A stretch of 64,000 bases of DNA from Nitrospirota bacterium (GTDB taxonomy: Bacteria; Nitrospirota; UBA9217), in contig CAWIYV010000001.1 of NCBI GenBank assembly GCA_963840455.1, positions 64,001-128,000 of the forward strand, read 5' to 3'. Under the pieces are notes generated by a model. That model saw nothing but the letters and a program-made list of their open reading frames with translations. It did no database searches and was not told the DNA's origin. Positions 28,850 to 37,688 of the stretch are shown here, piece by piece. How positions within the stretch are numbered: the stretch's first letter is position 1; each line of letters starts with the position of its first letter. Both the position numbers and the translations under genes were made by a program.

Positions 28850-29599
28850 CTATTTCCACGGCTGCTGGGGCATCGTACCAAATGACGCGGCAACCGTTCC
28901 CAGAACCAGGAGCGAGAACAGGACAGCGAAGGCGCAGCACATGATCAGCGGGAACAGAACAACAAAGGCCGCTTTACCACCGCTTGTACCATGGGCGTCC
29001 CGAAGACCGATGACCACAAGGACCAGGGTCCAGATAGCGGAGAGAAAAGCGCCGCACAGGGGAATGAGCAGGAAAATGTTGGCTCCACTGCAGTAAGCAA
29101 CGACCCTGAAGGTCGCTTCAAACCCGTTCTTCGCTCCGCGCACGATCAGCAGGAGCAGGTGTATGATGCCGGAACAGATGAACAATCCGATAATAAGCAT
29201 GAAGGGCGTGAGTATCGCCTTGACCGCCAGACCTGTTTCTGCGAACATGTCAAAGCCTTGTTGAGCTTTCGACGGCAGGTAGCCGAGAAACGTATCGTGA
29301 AAGATGATCTCCCAAAAATAATAGCCCATCCAGCCGACCATACCGGTGATCAGGGCGTAGAGCATGGGGTTGGCCAGGCCGCCGGTGACGTTCATCTTTT
29401 TGAAGAACTCCGATGGATTAAACAGGGTCTCCTTGAGCGTGGTCATCAGCCCGCCAAAGGACCATTGCGTCCCCTCCTCCTCCCAGGCGGTATGCCTGCG
29501 ACCCGTTCCGGGAGAAGGCGCTGCCGTCGTCTTTCCCCCGCAGAACTGGCAGAAGGCCTGATTTTCCAAGATCTCTTTTCCGCAGTGTGGACAGAACAT
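28850..29599 (-). CDS. Zinc-ribbon plus Yip1-domain membrane protein
   Basis: MFCPHCG...FCQFCG, LFNPSEFF, GFEATFRVVAY; SD AAGGAG. Confidence 0.85.
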   Translation of the reverse strand: MFCPHCGKEILENQAFCQFCGGKTTAAPSPGTGRRHTAWEEEGTQWSFGGLMTTLKETLFNPSEFFKKMNVTGGLANPMLYALITGMVGWMGYYFWEIIFHDTFLGYLPSKAQQGFDMFAETGLAVKAILTPFMLIIGLFICSGIIHLLLLIVRGAKNGFEATFRVVAYCSGANIFLLIPLCGAFLSAIWTLVLVVIGLRDAHGTSGGKAAFVVLFPLIMCCAFAVLFSLLVLGTVAASFGTMPQQPWK

Positions 29600-29763
29600 T
29601 GGTTCTCCTTGCCGAAATAGTAGACTGCTGCCGGTCGTCGTAAAGGCTGGATCCGGGAGCGAATGCGGTCCCCCAACGTTCACCGTGGGATCAGCGAGCG
29701 GCCAGGATACCGACGACCGCTTCGAGGATTGAAAATCCTCTGCCATTTCTTGCTCGGTTCTTC

Positions 29764-29793
29764 ACTGTAACAAACACCGGAAGTGATTGTCAA
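29764..29793 (-). promoter_or_regulatory. Sigma-70 promoter ahead of a ~160-nt leader
   Basis: Minus strand TTGACA-N18-TACAGT with TG extended -10. Confidence 0.55.
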
Positions 29794-29813
29794 TGGAAAA
29801 TGGGTGGAGGATG

Positions 29814-30308
29814 CTAGGCCGGCCTGGCGCAGTCCGAGGGATCACCCTTGATCTTCTCGACAGCGTGGGAGAGGGCGGGAAGGATGACCGCGAGGTTCTC
29901 TCTCACGGCCCGGGGGCTTCCAGGGAGGTTCACGATGAGGGTTTGTTTACGGATACCGGCGATCGAGCGGGAGATCATGGCATGGGCGGTCTTCTTGAGA
30001 CTCTCTGCGCGCATCGCCTCGGCCATGCCCGGCAGCTCACGCTCGATGACGTCGCGGGTCGCCTCAGGGGTCACATCCCGCGGGGCCACGCCGGTCCCCC
30101 CCGTGGTGATGATCAGATCAATAGTGCCTGAGTCGGCGAGACGCGCCAGCGCCGCCGCGATGAGAAGCCGTTCGTCGGGAAGGACCTCGTAGTGGCGCAC
30201 GTCTGCGCCGATCGCAGAGACCATCTCCCGGATTGTCCTGCCGCTCTCGTCCTCGCGTTCGCCTTTCGAACCTTTGTCGCTTAAGGTGATGATCGCTGTC
30301 CGTATCAT
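29814..30308 (-). CDS. mog: Molybdopterin adenylyltransferase (MogA/MoaB)
   Basis: ITLSD...REDESG, TTGGTG..PRDVTPEAT, NLPGSP. Confidence 0.92.
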   Translation of the reverse strand: MIRTAIITLSDKGSKGEREDESGRTIREMVSAIGADVRHYEVLPDERLLIAAALARLADSGTIDLIITTGGTGVAPRDVTPEATRDVIERELPGMAEAMRAESLKKTAHAMISRSIAGIRKQTLIVNLPGSPRAVRENLAVILPALSHAVEKIKGDPSDCARPA

Positions 30309-30369
30309 GGTCCTCCCTGCCGCCGCTCGTCCTGATGGCCCGCCTGCCGCTCCGGGGCAGATCGGGACG

Positions 30370-31764
30370 CTACGCTACCTCGCCGCCAACAGTGATCTCC
30401 GGGATCCTGAGGGTGGGCTGGGCATCGCTCACCGGCGACCCCTGTCCGTCCTTGCCGCAGGTACCGATGGAAAATCCCAGGTCCGATCCGACCAGATCGA
30501 TCGACATAAGGATGGCGGGACCGTTGCCCACAAGCGTCGCGCCACGGACCGGCTCTCCGACCCTGCCGTTCTCGATGAGGTATCCTTCGCTCACTTCGAA
30601 CACGAAATCTCCGTTGACCGTATTCACCTGGCCGCCGCCCATCTTCCGGACGAACAGGCCCGTCGGCGTGGACCGCAGGATGTCGCCAGGCCTCGTCTCG
30701 CCCGGCACGATCATGGTGTTCGTCATCCGCGGAATAGGCCGGTGACGGTACGATTCCCTTCTGCCGTTCCCCGTGGACCGCGTCCCGTCCTTCATGGCCG
30801 TGAGCCGGTCGTACAGATATGTCTTGAGTATGCCACGGTCTACGAGTACGGTGCGTTGCGCCTCCGTCCCCTCGTCGTCAACGCTGAATGAACCGCGGCG
30901 GCCTGGAAGCGTCGCATCGTCGACCACGGTGATCACCGGTGCAGCGATCTGCTGTCCGATCTTGCCCGAATACACGGAGAGACCCGACTGCGCGAGGTCC
31001 GCCTCGAGGCCGTGGCCGATGGCCTCGTGGATCATGGTCCCTCCTGCTTCGGACGACAGGACCACCGGCATCCTGCCCGCCGGGGCCTTCCGGGCGGACA
31101 GCATCATCACGGCGCGACGCGCTGCCTTCTCTGCGGCCAGTTCGAGCGGCTCCGTTTCGAACAATTCCATGCCCGCAAGCCCGCCCACGGGCTCGTACCC
31201 GGTCTGGATAACGTCCCCGTCGGACGCTACCACCTGCACCATGGCCGTCAGATAATTCCGGGCATCCTCGGAGAGGCTTCCCTCCGAGTTGGCGATCAGC
31301 ACTTCCTGGCAGTTCTCCCGATAGGTCACCATCACCTGGCGGATGCGCGCATCGAACGACCGGGCAACTCGGTTCGCCCGCTTTACCATAGCTGTTTTCC
31401 GTTCCGGAGAGACCGACCGGGGCGGCTGCCTCACCAGACCATGGGAAGCAACGGGATGTGTTCGGGACAGGGAGATCGCCCGGACCGCCGCCGCATCGCC
31501 ACTGCCGACCGCGTGCCCGACCGCGTCCGCCAGTTCAAGGAGCGACGAAGTAGTGAGCTCGTTCGTGTAGGCATAGGCCGTCCTCTTCCCGGCGATGACC
31601 CGCAGTCCCGCGCCATGTTCGCGGCCGGCGATCACTTTGTCCAGGCGGTCATCTTCGCACAGAATGGCGAGCGGTGATGATCTCTCTAGGAACAGGTCAG
31701 CATATTCTCCGCCATTCCTGAGCGCTCTGCGCAGCACAGCATGAGCGTCAAACCCTGTGGACAT
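30370..31764 (-). CDS. tldD: TldD metalloprotease
   Basis: HEAIGHGLEAD, DDEG, STGNGRRE, PRMTNT, GGQV, CGKDGQ..PV. Confidence 0.95.
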   Translation of the reverse strand: MSTGFDAHAVLRRALRNGGEYADLFLERSSPLAILCEDDRLDKVIAGREHGAGLRVIAGKRTAYAYTNELTTSSLLELADAVGHAVGSGDAAAVRAISLSRTHPVASHGLVRQPPRSVSPERKTAMVKRANRVARSFDARIRQVMVTYRENCQEVLIANSEGSLSEDARNYLTAMVQVVASDGDVIQTGYEPVGGLAGMELFETEPLELAAEKAARRAVMMLSARKAPAGRMPVVLSSEAGGTMIHEAIGHGLEADLAQSGLSVYSGKIGQQIAAPVITVVDDATLPGRRGSFSVDDEGTEAQRTVLVDRGILKTYLYDRLTAMKDGTRSTGNGRRESYRHRPIPRMTNTMIVPGETRPGDILRSTPTGLFVRKMGGGQVNTVNGDFVFEVSEGYLIENGRVGEPVRGATLVGNGPAILMSIDLVGSDLGFSIGTCGKDGQGSPVSDAQPTLRIPEITVGGEVA

Positions 31765-32053
31765 TCGAGCCTCCCGTTCTTCCTGTGCTCCCGGCCGACA
31801 ACCCTGGCAGGACGTTCATGCGAGAAGTTCCCTTCACCAGGCTGCAGGGCATCTTCGATCCCCAGACAGCCATAACGCTCGCCAACTCCGATGAAATCCC
31901 TGATGGACGCGCCAGCTGCCGGCCCCTCACGATCGTTCAGCTGGTCATACTACTCCAGAACCGGATCATTTACAATATATTCCCAGAAAGTTCGTACCGA
32001 AAACATGAGCCAAATTGTCAGATACCATAAAATATTGAACATACACGTTTCCC

Positions 32054-32082
32054 TTGACAAACTCCTCCAATGACGATACTAT
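32054..32082 (+). promoter_or_regulatory. Sigma-70 promoter of the receiver/TPR/methyltransferase/kinase operon
   Basis: TTGACA-N17-TACTAT in an AT-rich gap, followed by SD GAGGG. Confidence 0.6.
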
Positions 32083-32107
32083 TTTCAATGAAAAGAGGGA
32101 CATGACT

Positions 32108-32479
32108 ATGGACACTAAAAAGATATTGATCGCCGACGATAACCAGAACATCCGAGACGCCCTTACGTATCTCCTCGAGGATGAAGGATATGAGCTCCTT
32201 CTCGCCAAGGACGGCGCCGAGACGCTGCGGAAGGTCCGCGATCTCCGGCCCGATATCCTTTTCCTGGACATCATGATGCCGGAGATCAACGGTTATGATG
32301 TATGCCGGACCATCAAGGCCGACCCCCTGTTGAAGGACACGTATGTCATCATGCTGACGGCCAAAGGGCAGGTCGCGGAGCAGGAGCGCGGGAAGGAAGT
32401 CGGCGCCAACGAGTACATCGTAAAGCCGTTCAGCCCCATGGAGATCCTCGCCAAAGTAAAGAGTATCTTCCGCAATTGA
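32108..32479 (+). CDS. Single-domain response regulator (receiver only)
   Basis: ILIADD, FLDIMMPEINGY, MLTAK, YIVKPFSP. Confidence 0.93.
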   Translation: MDTKKILIADDNQNIRDALTYLLEDEGYELLLAKDGAETLRKVRDLRPDILFLDIMMPEINGYDVCRTIKADPLLKDTYVIMLTAKGQVAEQERGKEVGANEYIVKPFSPMEILAKVKSIFRN

Positions 32480-32486
32480 CCTCCCT

Positions 32487-33161
32487 ATGCTCAATGACGG
32501 CATTGCACTGAAGGCCCGCGAGGCGTTCGAGAAAGGTTCCGCCCTGGCAGAGCAGGGGAACCATGAGCAGGCCATCATCGAGCTGAAGAGCGCCGAGGTT
32601 CTGTTCCGCCAGATCGATGTCAAGGGCCACCCCTTCACCATTCCCCTGGCGAATGGAGTTTCGGGTCTGGCGAACACCCTCGTCCTTATCGGTCTCTCTC
32701 ATCAGAAGCTGGGCAACTATCAAAAGGCTGTCCAGTACCTCGAGTCCAGTTTCATCAATTCCAAGTTCGAAAAAGCGCATCATTTTACAAAATTCGCCGA
32801 AATCATCAACGAGAACCTCCTCGCCAGTTATGATAAGATGCTGTCCCTGCACCTGTTGGACAGGACTGAGGACATTCTTGAGGGCGCTCCCGAGATCAAC
32901 ACGGCCTTTCAGTTCCCCTTTTCGCTGAACAAGGATGCGATCATTCTTGCCAGGCTCTACGAACTCTCCCCGGAGCGATACAGGAGCCACCAGAACTTCT
33001 ATCGTAGGGCAAAAGAGAAGGACAGCGAGATCAGAAAACGCGAAAAGAAGTCCGACGAGGCAAGCATGAGAAAGCTCAGCTTCCTCATCTGGAGCATTCT
33101 CATCATCATCTGGGCCGTTTACGGAACGGTCGTGATCGATGCCCTATTGATCCAGAAATAA
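32487..33161 (+). CDS. TPR-like protein with a C-terminal TM helix
   Basis: AFEKG..LAEQGNHEQAI and IGLSHQKLGNYQKAVQY repeats; hydrophobic C-terminus. Confidence 0.72.
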   Translation: MLNDGIALKAREAFEKGSALAEQGNHEQAIIELKSAEVLFRQIDVKGHPFTIPLANGVSGLANTLVLIGLSHQKLGNYQKAVQYLESSFINSKFEKAHHFTKFAEIINENLLASYDKMLSLHLLDRTEDILEGAPEINTAFQFPFSLNKDAIILARLYELSPERYRSHQNFYRRAKEKDSEIRKREKKSDEASMRKLSFLIWSILIIIWAVYGTVVIDALLIQK

Positions 33162-33177
33162 TACCGCGGAGGTGCTG

Positions 33178-34341
33178 ATGAACCCTGAAGAGATAAAAAA
33201 ACATTCCTCTGAACTGATGGCAATGCTCATCAACGGCGCCATCGGGCTCAACACGGTCCAGGGCATCGAACTCGGTTTTTTTGATTGGATACCGCTGAAC
33301 AAATCCATCTCCGCCCAGGAACTGTCAGGACAGCTGGGATATGACATCACGAAGGTCGAACGCTGGCTGCGCTTCGCGCTCACCTACGGATATATCAACA
33401 GATCGGGAAACGGTTATTCATTGACAACCAAGGGATCGCTCCTGCGACGGGGCACTCCCAGCCCCGACCTGCTCGGACTGCACCACATGTTCAGTTATTT
33501 TACCAAGGCCGTTCAGTATTCCAAGGACGCTTATCAAAAAGGCGTCGGCCTTGACAGCATCACGCAGGGCAAGATCAGCCGTGATTATATTCCCCGTGTC
33601 GCTTCCCACCTTTCCAAGGCCTCAGCGGAGTTCTTCAAGTGGTCTGGACTTTCGACCGGCCACACCATCCTCGATCTCGGCTGTGGAGACGGATCAGTGC
33701 TCCGGGAGATCGTAAAAACCTGTCCCGGTGTCAGCGCAACGGGGATCGACATGAACGTCCATACCATTGAGCAGGGGAAGCGCAAGGACTCGGAAGCAGG
33801 TCTTCAGGACCAGATCGATCTTCAGGTCGGCGACGTTACGGATATGTCGCGCTTGCCGGACAATGCGTTCGATTGGGTGTATGCGTTCAACGTGTTCCAT
33901 TTCCTTCCCATCGTAAAGCGCGAGAAATTCATTCGGGACATGATCCGGATCTCCCGGTACGGGATCTTCTTTAATCAGGTGGTTGCGAACAATATCCAGA
34001 CCATCTCCGTGGATGTACTGCTGGCGACACTGTTCACGGATTTCACCGGATTCTTCACCGAGGCTGAAGCCGACGACCTGATCAGGAAGGTCAGCGCCCA
34101 GCATCATACGTTCATGCCGGTCATCCAGGGAGAATCGCGGCTGGTGGTCATCTATACCTCCAGGAACGATATTCCACTGCACCGTATCATGAGCTTTCCG
34201 GAGGCCGACTCATTGAAGCTGGCAACTGCGAACATCAAAACGGCAAAGGAGCTTCTTACATCCGAACTGCAATCGCTTTCGGGGCTCACGCTTAACCCTG
34301 ATGCGTTGCGCAAATTCGCGATCAAAGCACTGTTCCCCTGA
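33178..34341 (+). CDS. Class I SAM-dependent methyltransferase with N-terminal winged helix and C-terminal helical extension
   Basis: SAQELSGQLG....VERWL (wHTH); ILDLGCGDG, GID, GDV, FDWV..FNVFHFL. Confidence 0.85.
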   Translation: MNPEEIKKHSSELMAMLINGAIGLNTVQGIELGFFDWIPLNKSISAQELSGQLGYDITKVERWLRFALTYGYINRSGNGYSLTTKGSLLRRGTPSPDLLGLHHMFSYFTKAVQYSKDAYQKGVGLDSITQGKISRDYIPRVASHLSKASAEFFKWSGLSTGHTILDLGCGDGSVLREIVKTCPGVSATGIDMNVHTIEQGKRKDSEAGLQDQIDLQVGDVTDMSRLPDNAFDWVYAFNVFHFLPIVKREKFIRDMIRISRYGIFFNQVVANNIQTISVDVLLATLFTDFTGFFTEAEADDLIRKVSAQHHTFMPVIQGESRLVVIYTSRNDIPLHRIMSFPEADSLKLATANIKTAKELLTSELQSLSGLTLNPDALRKFAIKALFP

Positions 34342-34356
34342 TACGAGTGTAAACCC

Positions 34357-36174
34357 ATGGAACTCAATGTCTCAAAGAAGATCATTTACAGCGAACTGGT
34401 CATTATCGCTGTTATTTTTTCCACCTTGATCCCCTATATCCTGGTGAGCATGCAGTTCTCGACCACCCACCTTTTCCACTACCTCTTTATCACAATAGTC
34501 ATTCTTGCGCCGATCGGCATCTTTTCAGCGTACTATTTCATGGAACGATGGGAATGCCGGCCTATTGAAATGCTTTCGTTCTACTTGAAACGCGGGCTGA
34601 ACCCGCCCGATGATGTCATGTCCGAAGCACGAACAAGGGCGCTGAACCTGCCTATTGTCCACGCCGCTACGGTCCTCATTCGTTATGAGCTTGTGACCCT
34701 CTTCGACTGCCTGTATATGGGGACGATAGGCGGACTTCCGCTGAAAGAGAACATCAAGCTCGGATTGTATGCCGGTATCGGGCTCGCATTCTTCCCCATC
34801 TTCTCATTCTTCCTGACGGAGCGTCTTTTGTACCCCGTTCGCCAGTTCCTCGCGGAGAAGACCAGGAACATCGTCATTGATGAGTCCAAGGTAATCCACA
34901 TCAATACGCGTACACGGCTCGTGTCCATTCTCCTGGCTACCGTTACGGCCCCCCTGGTTGCTTTGGGTGTCCTGATGTACCGGCGGGTCGGCATGGAGCT
35001 CAGCTCCATGCTGTCCGCGTTCTCACCGAACCAGCCGGTGATGGACCAGCTCTTCAATCTGATCTTCCTGGTCACCGTCACCACGCTTATTCTGACCTCG
35101 GGCATCGGCGTCCTGCTCGCTACCAGCATCTCGAACCCGCTCGGTCACATGGTCAGCGTCATACGGCGCCTGGAAAAGGGCGACCTTAATGCCCGTTCCA
35201 ACCTTATTTCGAACGACGAGATCGGCGTATTGTCCCAAAGTTTCGACAAAATGGCGCAGGAGATCGAGAAGAACCGGGTCGAACTGGAGGACCTGAACCG
35301 GAACCTCGAGTTCCGCGTTGCCGAAAAGACTGAGAACCTGACCAAAGCCTACGAGCGGCTCCAGCTCTCGAACCAGAACCTCGCTGTCGCGAACCGCGAG
35401 CTCGAGCTTGCGAACAAAAAACTGAAGGAGCTCGATCAGCTCAAATCAGACTTCATCTCGGTCGTATCCCATGAATTGAGGACGCCGCTCACTTCCATCA
35501 AGGCGTTCACCGAGCTGATCCTCATCAAGCCCCGCATGACCGCCGAGAAGCGGAGCCGGTTCCTATCCATCATCAACAACGAAACGGACCGCCTCGCCCG
35601 ACTGATCAACGACATCCTAGACCTCACCAAGATCGAAGCGGGCAAGCTGAGCTGGCACGTAACCCAGGTCTCACTCCCCGAGGTCATCAGGACCTCGGTG
35701 ACCAACATCCAGTCCCTTGCCGATAATAAGAGCCTTGTCATGCAACTGAACATTCCTGACCCCCTGCCCCGCCTCTACGGTGATCGGGACCGTCTCGTAC
35801 AGGTCATTACCAATATTCTCTCTAATGCGATCAAGTTCACGCCCGACGGAGGAAGTATCTCGATCGAGACCTCGTACGAGGAACAGCCTCGAAAGCAGAT
35901 CATGGTGCATATCACGGACACCGGCGTCGGCATCCCTCACAAGCACCTGGACACCATCTTCGAGAAGTTCCGACGATCCGGAGACGCGTTGACCAATGTT
36001 AATGAAGGAACCGGCCTCGGTCTTGCCATTACTAAGCAGATCGTAGAATACCACGGCGGCCGGATCTGGGCAGAGAGCACTCCTGGCAGCGGGTCAACAT
36101 TCTCCTTCACTCTCCCGCTGGATAAGGTCTGGAAGATCGAGGGTGATCACCTGATGACCGCGATGGACCTGTGA
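34357..36174 (+). CDS. 6-TM HAMP sensor histidine kinase
   Basis: Six hydrophobic segments, HAMP (PL...GDL...DEIG.L..SFDKM), coiled coil, SHELRTPL, NILSNAIKF, DTGVGI, GTGLGL. Confidence 0.94.
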   Translation: MELNVSKKIIYSELVIIAVIFSTLIPYILVSMQFSTTHLFHYLFITIVILAPIGIFSAYYFMERWECRPIEMLSFYLKRGLNPPDDVMSEARTRALNLPIVHAATVLIRYELVTLFDCLYMGTIGGLPLKENIKLGLYAGIGLAFFPIFSFFLTERLLYPVRQFLAEKTRNIVIDESKVIHINTRTRLVSILLATVTAPLVALGVLMYRRVGMELSSMLSAFSPNQPVMDQLFNLIFLVTVTTLILTSGIGVLLATSISNPLGHMVSVIRRLEKGDLNARSNLISNDEIGVLSQSFDKMAQEIEKNRVELEDLNRNLEFRVAEKTENLTKAYERLQLSNQNLAVANRELELANKKLKELDQLKSDFISVVSHELRTPLTSIKAFTELILIKPRMTAEKRSRFLSIINNETDRLARLINDILDLTKIEAGKLSWHVTQVSLPEVIRTSVTNIQSLADNKSLVMQLNIPDPLPRLYGDRDRLVQVITNILSNAIKFTPDGGSISIETSYEEQPRKQIMVHITDTGVGIPHKHLDTIFEKFRRSGDALTNVNEGTGLGLAITKQIVEYHGGRIWAESTPGSGSTFSFTLPLDKVWKIEGDHLMTAMDL

Positions 36175-36281
36175 ACTCTCCCGCCCTTGACGCTTGCTCG
36201 TCGTTTTGCCTGATCGACCTCGCACCTTCAGTGGCCCAATAATAGTGCCCGTTCGTATCGAACGTTCTCCGGAGGCTGTCT

Positions 36282-37538
36282 GTGAAGCGATTGATCCATT
36301 GGCTTGCCGCTGCCCTGCTTCTTCTGTTCATCCTGTCACCGGAATCCTATGCTGCCGGCTTCCGGCTCCCCGACCAGAGCGCATCGGCCATGGGAATGGC
36401 GGGCGCCTTCGTCGGGCAGGCCGACGATGCCTCTGCGGCGTGGTACAATCCCGCCGGGATGACCCAGCTGGCGGGAACTCAGGTCGCTGGCGGGATGATC
36501 GCGATTTACCCCTCGCTCACTCATGAGACAGCATCCGGGCAAACCGATGTCGCGGAGCGGCAGTTCCATTTTCCTGCCCATTTTTACGCGACTCATTCCC
36601 TGAACGACAGGACCGCCATCGGCATATCGATCAATAATCCCTTCGGGCTCTCCACGGACTGGAGCGACACGAGTGCAACACGCTACGTCGCAACCTTTTC
36701 CAACATCGTTACGACCGCAATAAACCCCAGCCTTGCATTCCAGGCAACACCCGATCTCTCTCTTGCTTTTGGTCTGACGTATGTCTCCATGCGGGCAACC
36801 ATGGAGAAATTGGCGAACTTCGGTCCCGCCGGTCAGTATGATTCGCGCCTCGCCGGGGACGGTGATGGCTGGGGAGCAAATCTTGCCGCACTTTACAAGG
36901 TCTCAGAGGCTATGCACATCGGGCTCACCTACCGAAGCAGGATCAAGGTCGATCTTGACGGCACCGCCAGTCTGACGGGAGCAGGACCCCTGGCCTCATC
37001 AGCCCCCGGTTCGTCGAGCATAACCCTCCCTGACCTCATCGATCTTGGCATTTCCTACAAAGTATCAGAGAAATTGCGCCTGAACGCGGATATCGACTAT
37101 ACGATGTGGTCGACCTACGACCGCCTCGTCGTCACATCGAATACCATTCTTCAGATTACAACACTTTTGGGTAGTCCAACGGACACGCAGACGTCGGAGA
37201 AACAGTGGAAGGACGTCTGGTGTCTGAGGTTCGGCGCGCAGTACACGCTGTCGGAGCAGTGGAAGCTACGGGGAGGGCTCGTCTATGATCAAAACCCCAT
37301 GCCGGATTCCCACTTCGAGACATCCGATCCTGACTCGGACAGGATAGGCGTCACTGCGGGATTCGGCTATTCGGCCGGCAGGATGACCGTCGATGCGTCC
37401 TACATGTATCTCAAGTTCCTGAACAGGACCATCAGCAACAGCCAGATGGACGACCAGACGCCGGATCCCTCTGTACTGAACGGCACCTACCGCTCCCAGG
37501 CGCATTTGTTCGCCCTTACCGTCGGTTATCGATTCTAA
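36282..37538 (+). CDS. FadL/OmpP1/TodX outer-membrane transporter
   Basis: Signal peptide then AGF...QSASAMGMAGA..GQADDASA.WYNPAGM, PFGL, PDSDR, C-terminal YRF. Confidence 0.92.
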   Translation: MKRLIHWLAAALLLLFILSPESYAAGFRLPDQSASAMGMAGAFVGQADDASAAWYNPAGMTQLAGTQVAGGMIAIYPSLTHETASGQTDVAERQFHFPAHFYATHSLNDRTAIGISINNPFGLSTDWSDTSATRYVATFSNIVTTAINPSLAFQATPDLSLAFGLTYVSMRATMEKLANFGPAGQYDSRLAGDGDGWGANLAALYKVSEAMHIGLTYRSRIKVDLDGTASLTGAGPLASSAPGSSSITLPDLIDLGISYKVSEKLRLNADIDYTMWSTYDRLVVTSNTILQITTLLGSPTDTQTSEKQWKDVWCLRFGAQYTLSEQWKLRGGLVYDQNPMPDSHFETSDPDSDRIGVTAGFGYSAGRMTVDASYMYLKFLNRTISNSQMDDQTPDPSVLNGTYRSQAHLFALTVGYRF

Positions 37539-37688
37539 CAGCGATCCGAAAGCAGGCAGCGGGACCGCGTCCGACGCTGCTGGTACAGAAACGACCTTCC
37601 CGAACGGCAGGCATATTGAAAGACCCGCGTGTCCCGCGTTCCGCGTTATGCCCTTGACATCACTCATGTTTTGGAAGTAAAGTAGCCC

